A stretch of DNA of 64,000 bases from Convolutriloba macropyga (Eukaryota). The notes beneath the pieces were generated by a model. It had not been told where the DNA came from, did not search any database, and was given only the letters and a program-made list of their open reading frames with translations. Below, piece by piece: positions 62,531 through 64,000 of this stretch. Position 1 is the stretch's first letter; the number at the start of each line of letters is the position of its first letter. The position numbers were made by a program, and so were the translations under genes. The stretch is taken from the NCBI RefSeq assembly GCF_964194025.1, contig NC_134472.1, positions 31,310,001 to 31,374,000 of the forward strand, in the 5' to 3' direction.

Positions 62531-64000
62531 GGTATATACTATGATGGTTTTTTTACTGCAAGCGCGGGGTCATTTGGAATTGTTCCCTTCGCCTATCTGT
62601 ACAATAGTAAGAACTACAGTTTCAATAGTTCTAATGTGTTTTTAAAATTACTTCGACTAGAAGTATTGAGTTTGTTTTTACTCTCATACGAATCCTGAAA
62701 ATGTATTGCTTTCATTTGATGTTCACTGTTTATGTTCTGTTGTTTTGGTATTAGGACTTGTGAATGGATTGTTTTTTAGTTTCCTTCGATTGTTGAAAAA
62801 GGTTTGCATCTTTATATACTGTGACCGTTCTCCTAAGTCTTTAGTGAGCTGGGATAGTTGTACAACAACTAGGACCTGGTTGAAGGTATTGGAAAATTAA
62901 ATGGTAGAGTCCGTTACTGTATCGGTTAGAGGACCTAGTGTTTCGGAGTCTGTTTTTTGAAATTCAATTGGTGAGCTGTCAGAGATAGAAGTTACAGCCG
63001 TTTTAGTTTTTCTTGAAACATAAAATTGAAATTTGCAACAATTGGGCATTGCGCATCTGCCTGAAAAACAGATTGGTTTTGAAGAGATCGTTGTGCTGTT
63101 TTATTTTTAATAGAAGATCAAATTTTCCAGTATCAAATGGAATGAACAATTTTTCCCTAAGACTGCTGTCAAAAAGTTGTTGTTATCAGAGCTGCTATGA
63201 CATAAATCATCTTCTACACATTTGGCTTAATCAATGCTTCCCAAAACAGAAAATTGAAATTGTTGGTTAATGAGCTCTAGCATAGACTGGTAAATATTTC
63301 TGTATTAAGGATGCTGATTTTTTGACTTAAGTAAATACACCGAGTTAAGATTCTTGAAACGGTATGATTTTGATAACAATTTATTTTGCGAATTGCTATT
63401 TTTTGTGCTTTTTTGCAATAGCAGCCTTCATGTCATTGTGATCCCAATATTTCCTAAAGAGATTTCACAAGGTTGATCATGAAATGATTTCTTGGTTTGT
63501 AAAAAGTTTGCAATTTGTTCCCAATGTTAGCAATGCGGTCAAAGTTACGCTACTCATGGTAAAGGAAAGTTAATTTTCAAACGAAAGTCAATCTGTTTAT
63601 TAGGAAGTCGTTCGTGGAATTTAAAAATCGTTGGAAAGATATCGATTGTGTGGTAGCTTGTATTATGCTTAAATAGCACAGATCAATGTATATTTTCATT
63701 CCAGTTGATTTTCTTGGTTGCTTTTCAATTGCCTTTTCATGGCCATAAGATAGCATTTTAAATGTATATGTCATCTCTCTACATTACCAATGGTTTGCGC
63801 GCGTTTAATTGTTGCGTGTTCGGACACTATTAACAGGGGACCGCTAGTTCAGGTAACATTGGCAAACCATGGTACATAATTTGGTGTAAAGGTTTGTTAC
63901 ACTGGGTGAGGAACCATTGAATGTTGCCATTTAAACGGAGTTATATGGTTGATCGAGCATGTATTTACTCAAAATATCTATTCTCTTCAAGATATATGAG

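Larger units (their letters stand above)
53135..64000. repeat. tandem segmental duplication (copy 1 ~53135-58912, copy 2 ~58913 to window end)
   Basis: Both copies begin ctgtctgcaWttttt(t)ctgtta, share flank beyond the LINE 3' tail, then LINE, esterase remnant, spacer (57235~62540) and a diverged satellite monomer (57735~63037). Confidence 0.9.

Noticed and set aside
1-64000. Species identification and an autonomous Helentron Rep/Helicase gene
   Set aside because: The repeat landscape suggests an invertebrate but nothing is diagnostic; no HUH Rep or PIF1 helicase motifs were seen in any ORF.

Overview
AT-rich, repeat-dominated eukaryotic (animal-like) genomic DNA; nothing suggests a prokaryotic operon or CRISPR. 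One host gene can be reconstructed by hand on the minus strand: an 8-coding-exon C7orf25/UPF0415 (DUF1308) homolog (ATG 33903 to stop 8445, 1335 nt, 444 aa, all GT-AG introns, phases consistent). Its introns and flanks are filled with: (i) about 13 non-autonomous Helentron/DINE-1-like elements (HINEs) of at least three subterminal-inverted-repeat types, all in one orientation, often nested, two of them expanded into tandem arrays (~600 bp x9 and 1108 bp x3); (ii) decayed CR1/L2-group LINEs, including a near full-length copy with esterase ORF1, a 19-bp 5' minisatellite and a decayed 2A-like motif; (iii) small TIR MITEs (Merlin-like with 8-bp TSD, CMC/EnSpm-like). Upstream of the gene lie an ~18-kb array of a ~1.0-kb unit and a ~5.8-kb tandem segmental duplication of a CR1-like LINE plus diverged single copies of that unit. 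The most interesting signal is a directly readable route from nested HINE self-insertion to a higher-order satellite. Family assignments come from motif recognition and recalled sequences, not database searches. Almost all short ORFs in the supplied track are incidental.
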